Shown piece after piece: positions 26,329 to 39,578 of a stretch of DNA of 64,000 nt. Each line of letters starts with the position of its first letter. Within the stretch, counting starts at the first letter, position 1. A program made the translations under genes and the position numbers. Under the pieces are notes generated by a model. The model did not search any database. It saw only the letters and a list, made by a program, of their open reading frames with translations, and was not told the DNA's origin. Location: assembly GCA_965112155.1 (NCBI GenBank), contig OZ218098.1; one strand, written 5' to 3'. This stretch comes from Podarcis liolepis. Taxonomy: Eukaryota.

Positions 26329-26611
26329 CAGGGCTGGCCCAAGGCATTTGCTGCCTGAGGCAAAGGGCAAGAATCACCCACTCCTGTTTCACATATGGAT
26401 GCTAACTTTATTGATTCTTGCTTAAATATTGATGATAGGACAGTGTGCTCCAACACACTTGTGGACAGTAGACTAGCTTTGAGGGCACAGGGCAGGGCAG
26501 GTGGCACACGCAGCTATGTAGGCAAACACCTGCTCACTACCCATTGCACATTCCCAATACCTGCTGCCTGAGGCTCCTGCCTCAATCTGCATAATGGTTG
26601 AACTGGCCCTG
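26329..26611. mobile_element. hAT (Tip100-like) non-autonomous element
   Basis: Ends CAGGGCTGGCCC / AACTGGCCCTG; degenerate 8-bp flanks CTGAAATT / TTGAAATC. A related end is present near 27570-27582. Confidence 0.6.
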
Positions 26612-29600
26612 TTGAAATCAGCCAGAAGCAAAAAGAATGTCACGTCTAGAATAATGGCTTTATCTGCAGCACAATGGCCGTTGTTTTCAGGAATTGCAAA
26701 ACTTCCACAGGATGATGGGACTGAGCTTTCAGGTGCTGTGTATTCCAGAAAACCTCATGCTTCAAGCAGTCAGTGTTATCAGAAACTGTTTGCATGATTG
26801 CTATATTTGTGTATGGTCAAATAGTTAATCAGCGGTCAGGTGACTTGAAAGTGAGAAGAAGCATTAGCAAGGTCTCTTGCCTTGCCTTTGTTTAATCTAG
26901 TTGTGATGTCACGGTCTAAATATCTCCTTGTGGCATTATCCTGCCAAAGTTAAGCACTTTAAAAATTGCATTGATTTCATTGTGAGACGTGGGGATGTGC
27001 TTTGTTCTTTTGGTTTTAACTGATTTTTAATTTCAAATAACAAAACATATCCATACAAAGGAATACATAGCTTAGTAGTTGTATAGAAAATAAAGAAAAA
27101 TTGTGGCTGATGGTTGTTCTCTCGGTTGTTTGTCTTCATTTGGTTGAAGTCCCAGTTGATTTTTTTAGTTTCCAGTTGTGTAGAGGCAGCTTTAGTTACT
27201 TCTTCATAAGTTATTAGGTGTTTGAATGGGTAACTCGATCTCCTCCTTATCCCTGCTCAGAGGCAGACTTTGGTCTTTCAGATTTCAGCAGCACCACCCC
27301 ATCTCTTGCCTTCCGCTTTGCTCAGTTCACTATGTCATAGCTGCCATGCCCTGTGGCACCCCTAGGCTTGGCACCCAGTGTGGCAGAACTGGTCATGCAG
27401 CCTTAACTCCACCTCTGGCCTGCTTCATGGAGAGCTGTGGTGTAATTTTTAAGTTCACTTCTGCATTGCAATGTCCCTGTGCAGAGATTATGGTGCATTC
27501 CTGAGAGGCCAGATCGCTGCATCTGTGGCGCCTGCTGCCCGAGGCAATCACTTCACCTTGCCTCATGGGTGGGCCGGCCCTTAACCACATTATTGTTCGC
27601 TTCTTAACTGCAGCTTGTTAGGGAACAACAACCCATGAACACTATTTCAGATGAAACCCAAACTTCCTGGTTTGTTTCTCCCGCTTACACCAATTGGGAG
27701 GAGCAATTGGGCAGCATGGTCAAGCAAGCATCTCTTGCTTAGTAAACCACGATAAGCAAAGCCAGAAAGTCCAGTTTATTGTGATGTGTGAACGTGACCA
27801 ATGAGAGTGGCACAAGATTGTGTCATTTAGATACCCTCCCACCAATGTGAGCAAGGGACAGTTCAGGATAAAAACTGAAACTAAGACTTCAGCAGGAACT
27901 TTTAAGACGACTACTGTATATAGAAAAGAGAACAACAAGATAAGTCATGGCCATCAGTCTCACTCATCCAAGATCCAGCATTTCCAGATCCAACTTTGAT
28001 CACAGGGAGGTACCATGGTGGGGTGGGGAGACTTTTTGGCTCAGTGGGTCATATATTTATCTTTACTCACCCTCTTGGCCAACTTTGACGGGTGGGCAGA
28101 ACAAGTCAATCATGCGACACCACAATGATTACATGTGATTGACAGGTGGGCACATTTACTCACCTGTCAAAGGAGTGAGGGAGATGTGATCCGACTCCCT
28201 ACATATCAGCTGATCATATCAGTTTAGCCCTGCTCCCTAGCCACATCTCTACCTGCCCCACACCTGATGTCCCATATGATGTAAGGTGTGAGGCTGCTGG
28301 GCATAGATTGGGGAAAATGGCCTGGTGGGCCAAATGGAGAGATTCCCCAACTCTGAACAATGGTTTTCATAGAGAAACTCACGTTGTTCCCCAGAACAGG
28401 TCTATCTTGCAATCAAACTAACCTCAAAACTCATTTTTATTATATTTTGAGCTATGCCTTCTCACACTCAAAATTTTGGTTTCTCTGAAATTTCATATTG
28501 TGGTATTTAGATCTGCAATCTACCATAATTTTTCAATATTCCTTTTGAGTCCTAGCAAAAAAGTTACTGTCTTAAATAAGCAGTTGGTTTTTAGCTAAGT
28601 TACTGTCTGACAAAACTCCTTTTTCCCACAGACATTTTGAAAAATAATACAGGATGTGTATTAATTATATTTCATGTTTAGAGTAAGGCATGGCTCCAGG
28701 TTCAGCATGACTCTGCGAATGCATTTTTAATATATTCCTAAAACTCCTAAGGAAAGGTGTTCAAAGTCAGAACATAAAAGAATAGTATGTCTTCTAATTA
28801 ACAGTGACTGTATTTAGAAGTTAGGCATCTTGCTTTCATTATGTCTTTGAAACATTTCTTTAGGAACCATGAGAGGTGTTTTATATGTGCATTATTACTA
28901 ATGAATATCTTGGCATTTATTCTTACAATTTCTCAAATTTTCCACTTCGTAGCATTGTTCTCCAAGCAGTTAGCTTTTAAAGCCACAATAAAACTGAAGC
29001 AAGGTACTCCTCCAATAGAGTGTGTTGACTAATAATTTCCTGGCCTCAGACCAGCTAGGGAATTCTCTATGCAAACAGATATTATTATTATTATTATTAT
29101 TATTTCCTTCATCCTAAGGTCCCAGGACGGGTTACAGTAATAAAAACACATGCATTTCCCAAGGGTAATAATGAAGCCACTTTTTAGAAATCTGGAATTT
29201 CACTGATCTGCTTGGGAGAACAAATGGAGAATTGAATCTGGTCCCCACCACCATTCCTCCTCCTCCTCCTCCTCCTCTGCTGAACAGCTGATTGGTGATA
29301 TCCAAACTTTTCAACCAGGGCCATGCATTTGCAGCCTCCGCTGCTGCTCTGCTTAACTGGGGCCCCTGCCTGATAATTTCAAAGCCCATCAGGAAGTCTT
29401 TAAAAAGGCAGTCTTTAAAAATAACCTTTCCTACTGCTATTCCACTCAGTTATATCATAGTGTAAATGTACACAGGACAAAATGGATCCTGTACTGTAGG
29501 CAGCTCTAACCAAAGAGAAAAGGGCAAAGATGTACCATAAATGTAAAATGTTCCATTTCTTAAAATATGTGTGGTTTTTTTTTAGAGCCCTGGCAGCCAA

Positions 29601-29699
29601 TGTTCTGTACAAACTACTGTGAAAGAATTTAAAGAAATGGTTTCAGCACATCATAATGAAAACTCTCCCACTGCTAACATTTATGCTTTGTTCTTCTAG

Positions 29700-29870
29700 G
29701 TGTTCCTTACTTCACTGTTGAGCCAGAAGATCTGTCTGTAATCCCCAATACTCCTTTCCAACTATTTTGTGCTGCAGCTGGCCCACCTGAGCCAGTGACA
29801 ATTGTCTGGTGGATGGGCGATTCCAAAGTTGGTCGTTCCGACGTCTCCCCCTCCACCCTAAATGTGCCAG
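29700..29870 (+). CDS. TYRO3: TYRO3 exon 4, Ig2 ([13 protein letters not shown]...[15 protein letters not shown]...LNVPG)
   Basis: ttctag|GT...CCAG|gtaagg, 171 nt. Confidence 0.96.
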
Positions 29871-29998
29871 GTAAGGCTTCCTCCTAGGATAAATCAGGGT
29901 CTTAGAAAAGGAGTGGAGTGGCTGATGAAGAGACCATACAAATTGCACCAGTGTCATGTTGCTGGTGTTACGTGAGACTAAAAAGCAAGTATCTAGTA

Positions 29999-30239
29999 TA
30001 GTCATACCTCGGAAATTGAACAGAATCCGTTCCGGAAGTCTGTTCGACTTCCAAAACATTCAGAAACCAAAGTGCGGCTTCTGATTGGCTGCAGGAAGCT
30101 CCTGCAGCCAATTGGAAGCCGCGGAAGCGCCATCGGACGTTCGGCTTCCAAAAATAGTTCGCAAACCGGAACAGTCACTTCTGGGTTTGAGAGCCAAAAT
30201 GTTCAAGAACCAAATTGTTCGAAAACCAAGGTACGACTG
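29999..30239. mobile_element. TcMar/Tigger-like MITE, family B
   Basis: Ends TAGTCATACCT / AGGTACGACTG flanked by TA; internal palindrome TTGGCTGCAGGA..TCCTGCAGCCAA. Confidence 0.8.
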
Positions 30240-31119
30240 TATACAGTAGAGGTCACCAAAGATGAGGTTACCTCTGGTAAAATTTCTATGGAATTTCCAT
30301 GTGGGGCAAACTAGATAACCGCAGAACAAATACACCTTCACAAAAAAAAACCATACTCCACTCATTCTAGGCATTCTTCTTGGTGTATATTCTTGTTAAC
30401 AGATTTTAATTTTTTCCAATTGGTTTATCAGTTCTAATGCCTTAAGCTGTTCTGAGTGCTTCTGTTTCCTCCAGCGTGGCAAAAAGCCAGCCCCATTGCA
30501 GCTGAAGGGAAATATAATAGAACAGAGCAGCAATGGGAAACTCGCAGCTACTGAAACATTCCTATGCAGTTGAATGAACCTGGTTAGAACTCTGTGGTCT
30601 AGCTATACAACCTTCCCAGACCTTCGTACTGAAAGGAGTAGAGGAAGGACTTGGTACTAACTCAGCAGTGTAACGTGACAAAAACTTTCACCAGAAACTT
30701 TCTCCCCCATTTTGTCCTAATGTCATAGACAAAGGGTTGATCCTACTGAGTCATCAGATTTCTTGCATGCACCCTCACTATTATGATCTCCTTTATCCCA
30801 AAACAACAGCAGTTAGGATGGTGAGATCGAAGGCAGGTCTCCTGCAGCTTTAATAAGTTGGGTAGAGGAAGGAATTTCAGCAAGTGCAGTTTGCATGAAA
30901 GCCCATGATAGATGTAGCGTGCATGGAAAGAAAACACACACACAAATACACACACAGGTTATATGTACAAACTAACACATAACCATAAAAACAGAAGCAG
31001 CATTTCAGTATAAAACAAATCACAGAGATGCAGTTACATACAGTCAAGCTTTTAAGATGAATGTTATGTAAACCAACCACAATGAGGACTGAGTCATGGG
31101 AGGAGTATTTATATAGTAA

Positions 31120-31120
<1 letters not shown>

Positions 31121-31173
<53 letters not shown>
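31121..31173. repeat. (AAC)n microsatellite
   Basis: About 17 AAC units read directly. Confidence 0.95.
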
Positions 31174-31360
31174 ATAGAGACCAATCCGCATCAAAACTGC
31201 TCAATTTGGCTTCGGCCCAGACTACATGTCTTTGTCTGACCAGACATTCAGATGAAGCAATGTTACATACATTAGCAAATAGAACTTTTGATGCTTTCCA
31301 GTATTGGGCTATTACCAATCTGGCTGCTGATAGCAACATAAACAATTGATTTTTATAAGT
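31174..31360 (-). mobile_element. Probable L1/Tx1-clade LINE ORF2 C-terminal remnant
   Basis: Minus-strand translation LLSAARLVIAQYWK resembles the AARxxIAxxWK motif of non-mammalian L1 ORF2 C-termini. Confidence 0.5.
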
Positions 31361-33002
31361 TATAGGAGGACTGACATTTGTGTTCTCAAGGAAGAAGGGC
31401 CATGGAGCTTTGCATGTAGGTTCTTTCTCCGAAGGGAAGAGGAAGGATCAGAAGGTGAACCCGCGTGTGCTATCTTTGGGTCACACAGTTCCTGAGGCAT
31501 GCAAGAAGAAGCGTGTGGGTGTGGGGAGCTGGTGTTGCAGGAAAGAGCAGCAAAATGTTTAAAGGAAATAATAATTAGCCGAGGGGGTGGGGAAGTGGGG
31601 CAGGGCCAACATTTCAGCAGTCAGTTGATTTATCTTCAAACGCTGGATTGCTGCACCTTCCTCAGAGCAGAGTGCCTGCATTTTCTTTTTGTACCTGGAA
31701 AACACTGGGGACATTTTGGGTGTTACCACCGTCAAAAAAAGCAATGCTCTTAGCATTGCTCGATCTGTTATCAGCCAGAATATATCACCCTGTGTTTTAA
31801 AATGTATCTTGTCATCTGTCTCCATCTTTTGATCTTCCACTCCTACTCCTAATTTTCAGCAAGGATAATGCAAGCTTACTTCAGACATGCTTTGTCAGTG
31901 CATCACGCTCCTAAAATGCAGCCTCAGCTACTGTTTCAGACTCTGGTTTGTCCTGTACCAAGGGCAGTGAAGCAGGCAAAAGCTCAGATAGAAACTTCAG
32001 AGTCATTTCTCTGGCAAGCTTCACCAGGAGTGTCCCAATTCTGCTTTTTAATTTGAAATAATTGTTTTGTCTTTCACAAAACTAGAGACATAAAAAGTAA
32101 ACTGGCCCTTAAAATAATAATAATGAAAAACAGAATAATACATTGAAAAAGAAATCTATCATTTGCTCTCAAAGTCATCTGAGTCCAGTCTAAGGACCCA
32201 GTTTTTCTAAACAACAGTTTAGTGCTTCCTGTGAGCAGGATGTCAATAATGCTGAGTTAGGTGGCATTCCAGAGGCGTTGTTCTTTATCACTTAATCCCT
32301 ATGTGTGTTAAAGGGCAAAGTAAACATTCCAATAAGTATTCCCTTCCTGGCTGAGCAACCTTCAGTCCTGCCATAATTACAGGCACCTTGAGACATTGCT
32401 GCTCGTCCAGAGACTCTCATATAGCTCGCTTGCTACCAGCATTTTCTTTGAGCAAAGAGAAAGCCTGGTATTTATGATTCCTCTGGGTGGGAAGATTGTC
32501 TGCAGCCATTTTGAATTGCTCTTCAGGTGTATGGCAAGCCATGTCAGAAGTGTAGATTTTGGCGAATTACTTTTTAAAAAGCTCAACAACTTTGGCAAAA
32601 CAAACAAACAAACAAATCTCAACAACTTTTCTGTCTGGATTTTCACTTTTTGAAATATGGTAACCCTACAAAATGGAGGGGCCTGATTTGAAGGTCTTGG
32701 TTCAAATGTAGTACATGGTGTAGTCTACTGTAAATGGGGCCATTGTCATCTGAATGTTGTTATTGTTTCAGTTTTGACAATCTGAGAGGGCAGTTTTCTG
32801 CCTTGTGTTGAAACCCTCAATTTTAAAAGACTATTTATATAAACACTCATATTCTGGTGTATAGACAAAACCAAAATCCCTTTGCAGACATTTTGTCTTC
32901 TGCTGCTGCCCACATGAAAAATAACGTTTACCTGAAGTGTAACTCTGGGATTAAATGAAGGCTGGATTCCTCTCCCCCCGCCACCCCTTCCAAAGTACTG
33001 TA

Positions 33003-33244
33003 CAGTGGTACCTCGGGTTACATACGCTTCAGGTTACATACGCTTCAGGTTACAGACTCTGCTAACCCAGAAATAGTACCTCAGGTTAAGAACTTTGCTT
33101 CAGGATGAGAACAGAAATTGTGCTCTGGCGGCGCGGCAGCAGCAGGAGGCCCCATTAGCTAAAGTGGTGCTTCAGGTTAAGAACAGTTTCAGGTTAAGTA
33201 CGGACCTCCAGAACGAATTAAGTACTTAATCCGAGGTACCACTG
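33003..33244 (+). mobile_element. TcMar/Tigger-like MITE, family A copy 2
   Basis: Same TIRs as copy 1; TA TSD on both sides. Confidence 0.92.
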
Positions 33245-34402
33245 TATATAACTACTAAACTTGACAAAAGACAGATGCAGGAAAAGTTGTGCTATTGCGA
33301 GGCTGGGGAACCTTTGGCCCCTCAGATGCTGGACTAAAACTCCCATCATCCCTGGTCATTTGCCCACTCTTACTGGGCCTAATGGGAATTAGTTCTCCCA
33401 GCCCTGTGTTTTTGTCTTTGCTGGTTGGGGAGGTACTAGTTTTGCAGCTTTGTACGCTCCAGACTCATGCCCATATTAACAACCAGAAACCTACCATGTG
33501 TTTCTGGACTCTTAGGCCAACATTGCACAGACCCATTAGTGGTGTGTACATGCTTTCCCCAATAAAAAGCGCAAAGTTGAAAATAGGAAATAGTAATTTG
33601 TTAACTGCAGCTAGTGACCTCTTTCCCAGAGGACACAATTAGTGTGCCCTTGGAAGAATGCTACATTTATGTGTGAATGCTTACAAGGAGCGCTTCATTA
33701 CGATGGAGACAAAAGCACTGATTTCTGTGACTGCCGATTAAATAATCCTGTTGCCACTGAGTTGTGGAATCTCAGTGGCGTTAATCAAGCTGCAATGTAG
33801 TCATCATGCCTTTGGACACAGAGGTGCCTGTTGGTTTCTAGTGGAGGTTGAGGGTATACCGTAATTTGAAATCAGCCAGAGACCTTGGCCAGGCCAAGCA
33901 TCCTCTTTTCCTAGGCATTGCACAAACAAAGGGATGGAGAGTATACAAGCCTTAACTTAAGAGCAGCAAAACAATAGGAGAGAGTCCAGCCAAGGACAGC
34001 AGTGAGATAACAACAATGAGAGAGCTAAGAGCCTAGTACTTGGGCTGCCCTCCCCCCAGCCCATTCCTGACCTTCCCTTTCATATTTTGCAGAAGCAGCT
34101 TCCAGTGCAGGCTTCTCTGTGCCACATTCCTCCTGTTTTATAAAAAGAAAAGAAAAAACCGATTGACATGTTAATTACACCCAAATCCATGTGAGTTTGA
34201 TCCGCTTCCAGCTCAGCCCCCAAAAGTTGCACATAGAGAGAGAGAGAGTCTGAGCTGCGTGTCAAACATAATTGAAATTCTGCTTGAGGTTGAAGCTGGG
34301 GGATTATTATACTGTACAGCAGTTTTGTGTGCTGCTTTCTTATTTCTCTCTCTCTCTCTCCCCCTTCCCCTCCTGCTCTCCCACTTCTTGGCTGTATTCC
34401 AG

Positions 34403-34489
34403 GTATTAATCAAAGCACAGTTTTCTCCTGCGAAGCCCACAACATAAAGGGACTGTCTTCATCCCGGACGGCCACTGTGAAGATTAAAG
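34403..34489 (+). CDS. TYRO3: TYRO3 exon 5, Ig2 C-terminal part (INQSTVFSCEAHNIKGLSSSRTATVKIK)
   Basis: ttccag|GT...AAAG|gtgaga, 87 nt. Confidence 0.96.
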
Positions 34490-35670
34490 GTGAGAGAGAT
34501 CCTTCCCTGTTCTTCCAGAAAAGGAAATTGGATGGACTGTCAGGAGTGGGAAGAAAGCAGGGGAAAACAGTTTCTGTTTCTCCCTCCTTCCCTGCCTCCC
34601 TTCTATTCCCCCCCCCCCAACAGGAACAGTTTTGAGCTGCTTTCCAGCAGTGCCTTCTCTCTCTCTTCTCAGCAAATGAAATAAAGCACTGTGCTCACTG
34701 TTTGGTATGCGGGCCTGTGTCCCTGCAGCAAAATTTGCAATCAAACCCAAACCCCAACTGGCACAGGAAGGGAAGATGTGACACGAAATAACAGATTTTC
34801 CTTGAACCGGGGCATCAGAACTGTTTGTGGTAGGAAGGTGGGCCACAATGATGTCATCTGCAGAGGACGAACAGGGAAATCTTCCTTTTCTGCACAAGTT
34901 TGATGCCTTCGTAGCAAAAATACCACCCCAAACCTTCTCCTCTCTTTTCTCCTCTCCCCTCCCACACACCCACACTCCCCCCCCCCAATACATTGGCATC
35001 TCGTGAACTGCAGGGAACAAGAGGAGGCAGATCACCGTGAGGGCAATTAAATTTCAGGAATGTTATGCTTCTGTGGATTTCTGTGCTTTGCAGTGCCAAA
35101 GCTCTCATTTAAAGCTGGTAATTTGGAGCCCTATTAATAATTTTTGTTCCTTTCACAACTGCTACTTTCCTGCGGTGTTTCCTCCCCTCATAAGAAGCTA
35201 AAGTAGCTGCAGGCCAGGAGGGACTCACGCTCTTTCTTATTTTTAGGGCAAATCTACAGCTTTGTTTTGGTTGGTTGGTCATATTTTTTAGCAATGCAAA
35301 ATGCGATTAGTTCATTTTATATGGGTGCATTGTTGTGGATGAGGATTACCAGAACCTTTATTTTCAAAGGGCTGTTTCTTTCTCCCCTCATTTAAAAAAA
35401 ATGGCTTTGGGTTTTGTTTTGTTTTGTTTTGTTTTGTTTTTGCTCTGCCCACCATTGGAATGTGGTCACTGAGTCAAACCAGTGGCTTCCCCCGGTATTG
35501 TCCAAACCAGTGTCTTCCCCCAGTATTGTCCACTCGAACCATTTAAAATACAAAATAAAAGATTCAGAAGGTAAAACAGTAAAACAGTAGAATTCTCTCA
35601 GACTGATGGTGGTTTTTGCAGGAGGTGATCTTCCTGTTCTGACATCAATGCATTTCACAGGCCATATGCA

Positions 35671-36234
35671 TCTAGATCAAGGGAAGTAATAGTGCCACTG
35701 TATTCTGCTCTGGTCAGACCTCACCTGGAGTACTGTGTCCAGTTCTGGGCACCACAATTCAAGAAGGACACTGACAAACTGGAACGTGTCCAGAGGAGGG
35801 CAACCAAAATGGTCAAAGGCCTGGAAACGATGCCTTATGAGGAACGGCTAAGGGAGCTGGGCATGTTTAGCCTGGAGAAGAGGAGGTTAAGGGGTGATAT
35901 GATAGCCATGTTCAAATATATAAAAGGATGTCACACAGAGGAGGGAGAAAGGTTGTTTTCTGCTGCTCCAGAGAAGCGGACACGGAGCAATGGATCCAAA
36001 CTACAAGAAAGAAGATTCCACCTAAACATGAGGAAGAACTTCCTGACAGTAAGAGCTGTTCGACAGTGGAATTTGCTGCCAAGGAGTGTGGTGGAGTCTC
36101 CTACTTTGGAGGTCTTTAAGCAGAGGCTTGACAACCATATGTCAGGAGTGCTCTGATGGTGTTTCCTGCTTGGCAGGGGGTTGGACTCGATGGCCCTTGT
36201 GGTCTCTTCCAACTCTATGATTCTATGATTCTAT
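35671..36234 (+). mobile_element. CR1 LINE 3' fragment
   Basis: ORF 35692-36156 [52 protein letters not shown]; (ATTCTATG)n tail. Confidence 0.95.
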
Positions 36235-36989
36235 ATAGGTCTGATAAGCAGCACTGTGAAAATGAAGAAGGAGCTGTCCCAACTGAATTCACCCAGGCCA
36301 CTGGTGGTCTTTGATGCTTATGGCGTGAGTCCTCAGGCCTGGGCTTCTCATCAGCAGATCTTTTGGTAGTGCCTCAGACGGTGGAGAGGGGCTTCCCCAC
36401 CTAGACTCTTTCAGGCTATTGTTGGTTCCTTCAAGAGCTGATGGTGTAAGCTCCCTGGCTTCTCCTCCTCCTCACATAAATTCCTGGAGGAGGCCAGGTG
36501 AGGTGAATCATGTCTTCAGTTTGAAATCAATATCCTTCCTCATCCTCAGGCAGTCTTTCTGAGCCAAACAGTTGGAGACTGCAGCTCATATCAGCTACCC
36601 AGCAGCCATTGGATGCTGATGGTGGTTCATCTGCAGTCTTCAAATTGCACCTGTGGGGCTCTCTGGCTTCCTTGACCTTATACCAACGATATCCAATGTG
36701 ATGCCCCCCTGATGTTGTTAGACTGCAGTTCCCATCAGCCTCAGCCAGCATAGACAACAGTCTGGGATGGTGGGAGCCCTCAACTACTGTTACTTCCTGC
36801 ATCACCTGGATATGCTAAGTTGCTTGAATTCGTTAGCAGTCGTAAAGAGATCATAATTTAATGGTGGGACAAATGCTTTGCATGCAGAAGGTCTCAGATT
36901 CATTCCCTGGCATCTTAGGAAAAAGGATGTCAGGTAATGGTAAAATCTTCGCCCGAGATCCTTGGGAGCTGCTGCTAGTCAGAGTAGAC

Positions 36990-37125
36990 CAGGGTTTCCC
37001 AAACTTGGCTCTCCAGCTGTTTTTGGACTACAATTGGCACCATCCCTGATCACTGGGCCTGGTAGCTAGGGATGATGGGAGTTGTAGTCCAACAACAGTT
37101 GGAGACCCAAGTTTGAGAAACCCTG
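36990..37125. mobile_element. hAT MITE nested in a tRNA-SINE, TSD GAGTAGAC/GAGTAGAT
   Basis: TIR CAGGGTTTC.CAAACTTGG / CCAAGTTTG.GAAACCCTG; SINE sequence resumes after the TSD. Confidence 0.88.
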
Positions 37126-39462
37126 GAGTAGATAATACTCAGTTTGATGGACAATTAGATCTGAAGGCAACTTCCTGTGCATCTGTGTCTTGTTTATCAC
37201 TGGAGAAACCCAGGGGTGAACCTGTGGTGTTCTACATGCAAAGCGTTGTTACATCCTCCTTCCAGAAGCTGGATACTGTTGAAACAAATTTCTGGCCTTG
37301 ATGGAACTTTAGCTTGATGCAGCAGAGTTCTTTGTACATTCCGAGGAATATACTGCACCGTGTCCCCCCTCAACATAAAGGACCATTGTTACCAAACAGC
37401 ACTGGGACTGATTGCACTGTCACACATGTTGGTGACAAAACATTTGGCTGTTAAGAATGTAAGGAGAGATGAATGAGTTTAAAGGCCTATGCAGTCCTAC
37501 ATTCTGTTCTCATGGGAGCCAACCTGATGCGTATAGGAAACCCAAAAGCAGAAGGTGGGTGCAGCAGCACTCTTCTATTCAGTTCAGGGCAAGCTGCAAG
37601 AACACCTTTCTACCTTCTCCCTAGAAGCTTGCCGAGAGATAAAGAGATGATGCCTCTTAGGGCCATCTAGGTAGAGTTTATAGCCATGTTTACCAATCTT
37701 TGAAGCAAGACAAAGGACAGCGCTGCGAGGAAACAAAACGGAGAGTAAGGGCAAAGTGGATTTATGGAGAAGGATCCTGGCAAGGTGTGGGGAACCATTT
37801 CAAGAGAAAGTGGCAGCATGAATGGAACTGCAGAGCCAAGAGTGGGAGCAGGAGATGACGGGAGCGGGGAAGGGGTGGGCTGGAGGGAACATATGGAGTG
37901 AGAAGATTGGGAGTAAATCAGAGGAGCGGGGGCCAGAGCAGTAAAAGAAGCGAAGGGCAAACAGCCTGGGCTGACGTGGTTCAAAGACAACAAAACAAGC
38001 CAAGGAAGACATTGCAGATGGCTCAAAGCAGGGAGTCATACGCACACATGTAGTTTTTCCCAAGTGAAAATCCTCTGGGTGAAGTCCAAGGATGCCATTC
38101 TGCAGAGGCATCCGCTAACGTAAGAGAAAGAGAGGCAATTTCCATTCATTCTCCCTTCCCCTTTGAGCCACTGCACCACTTCCCATGCTCCAAATCTAAA
38201 TCTGGAACAGATTTCAGTGATTCTGAACCCAGCTTGGCTCCTGGAAGGAGATGTGGCAGGAGGAAGCTGTGATCTCGATCATCTTCATCTGTTGCAACTC
38301 CAGCTTTTTAAAAATTTTGATCATGGCACAGTTATAAAAGACCTGGTCACTTCAAGATTAAATTACTAACACATTCTACATGGAGTATGAAGAGTGTTCA
38401 GTAGCTTCAGTTGGTATACATATTATATGGAGCTGGAAGTCCATCAGATGGACTTTAAAATTCTGCAGGATTCACAACCTGTGGTTTGACTTGTACAGTA
38501 ATCTCAAGCCTCTTCTGTGTTTCACGTCACTGAAGTATTAGCTATTTGCAACATCAGCCATTCCTCCTTCACCACTGGCTGGTTCAGCACTGTACCTGGT
38601 TCCGCAGTAGGCTTCTCCTGTTTTTCTCCCATGTGAGCCTAGATTTTAAGTTTAAGTACTGTAAAGGCAAATGATGTGATTACTCCTTTAAAGCTAAGCG
38701 AGTCTCGGCCTGGTCAGCTGCTTGGAAGCCTCATGTGAGCTCTGAGCTTCAGAGGGGCGTATAAGTGCAACAAAAAGAATGGATTTTGGCTTAGCACTAA
38801 AGCATTTAAACGTTGGTAAGCCACATGGATACATATGTGAATGTACACCACCCAACTGCTTTGGGTCCAGAATGACATTGTAGTAGTTGTTCAATAAGAG
38901 GAATAAGACAAGTTTGCATTTGTTTTATGAAATTGGCCCAAACATACCTAGATCTACTTGGAATTCTTTTTTATATAATAAAACAACAACAACAACCCCC
39001 CCAAACCTGTATACTTTCGGTTTTTAAAAAAGGAATTAGTGGAAATTAACTCCCAGCACATCAGTTCTACCATCTGCCTATTAAAAGGACTAGGCTTTGC
39101 TTCCATGTTCCAGCACTCCAGCCCCTCTGACAAGAGAGATGCTATGCAAAGGTTTTAGGAACTTCAGGCTAGCACTGCTTGCATCTCAGATTCCACAGCA
39201 GAATGTTTTGAGAAGTGCCTGTGTCAAATGTTCTGTGTTTGCTATATCTGTTTAAATACCAAACAGTGAATAAAGAGAATAAGTTATTCAGTGTTAATCA
39301 GGATTTATAATGCCATGTGCAAGCCACCACTGTTCATACAAAGCTTGATTAGCACCTCTCAGGGACCTTATCCAAATTCCCAGACTGTAGCGTCTGCACA
39401 TTTCCATATAAATATCTGCTCAGTTCTACATATGCTAAACAGCATCCGTCCTTCTTTTTCAG

Positions 39463-39578
39463 CTCTCCCCTTTCCACCTCTCAATGTGACAGTAACTCAA
39501 ATCACCAGCAACAATGCCAGTATCACTTGGCTGCCAGGATTTGATGGCCGTTCTCCACTTCATTCTTGTACAGTTCAG
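39463..39578 (+). CDS. TYRO3: TYRO3 exon 6, FN3-1 N-terminal part (ALPFPPLNVTV...PGFDGRSPLHSCTVQ)
   Basis: tttcag|CT...CAG|gtatgt, 116 nt. Confidence 0.96.

Noticed and set aside
30877-31345. Poly-Leu and poly-Val membrane-protein ORFs
   Set aside because: These are translations of the (AAC)n microsatellite.
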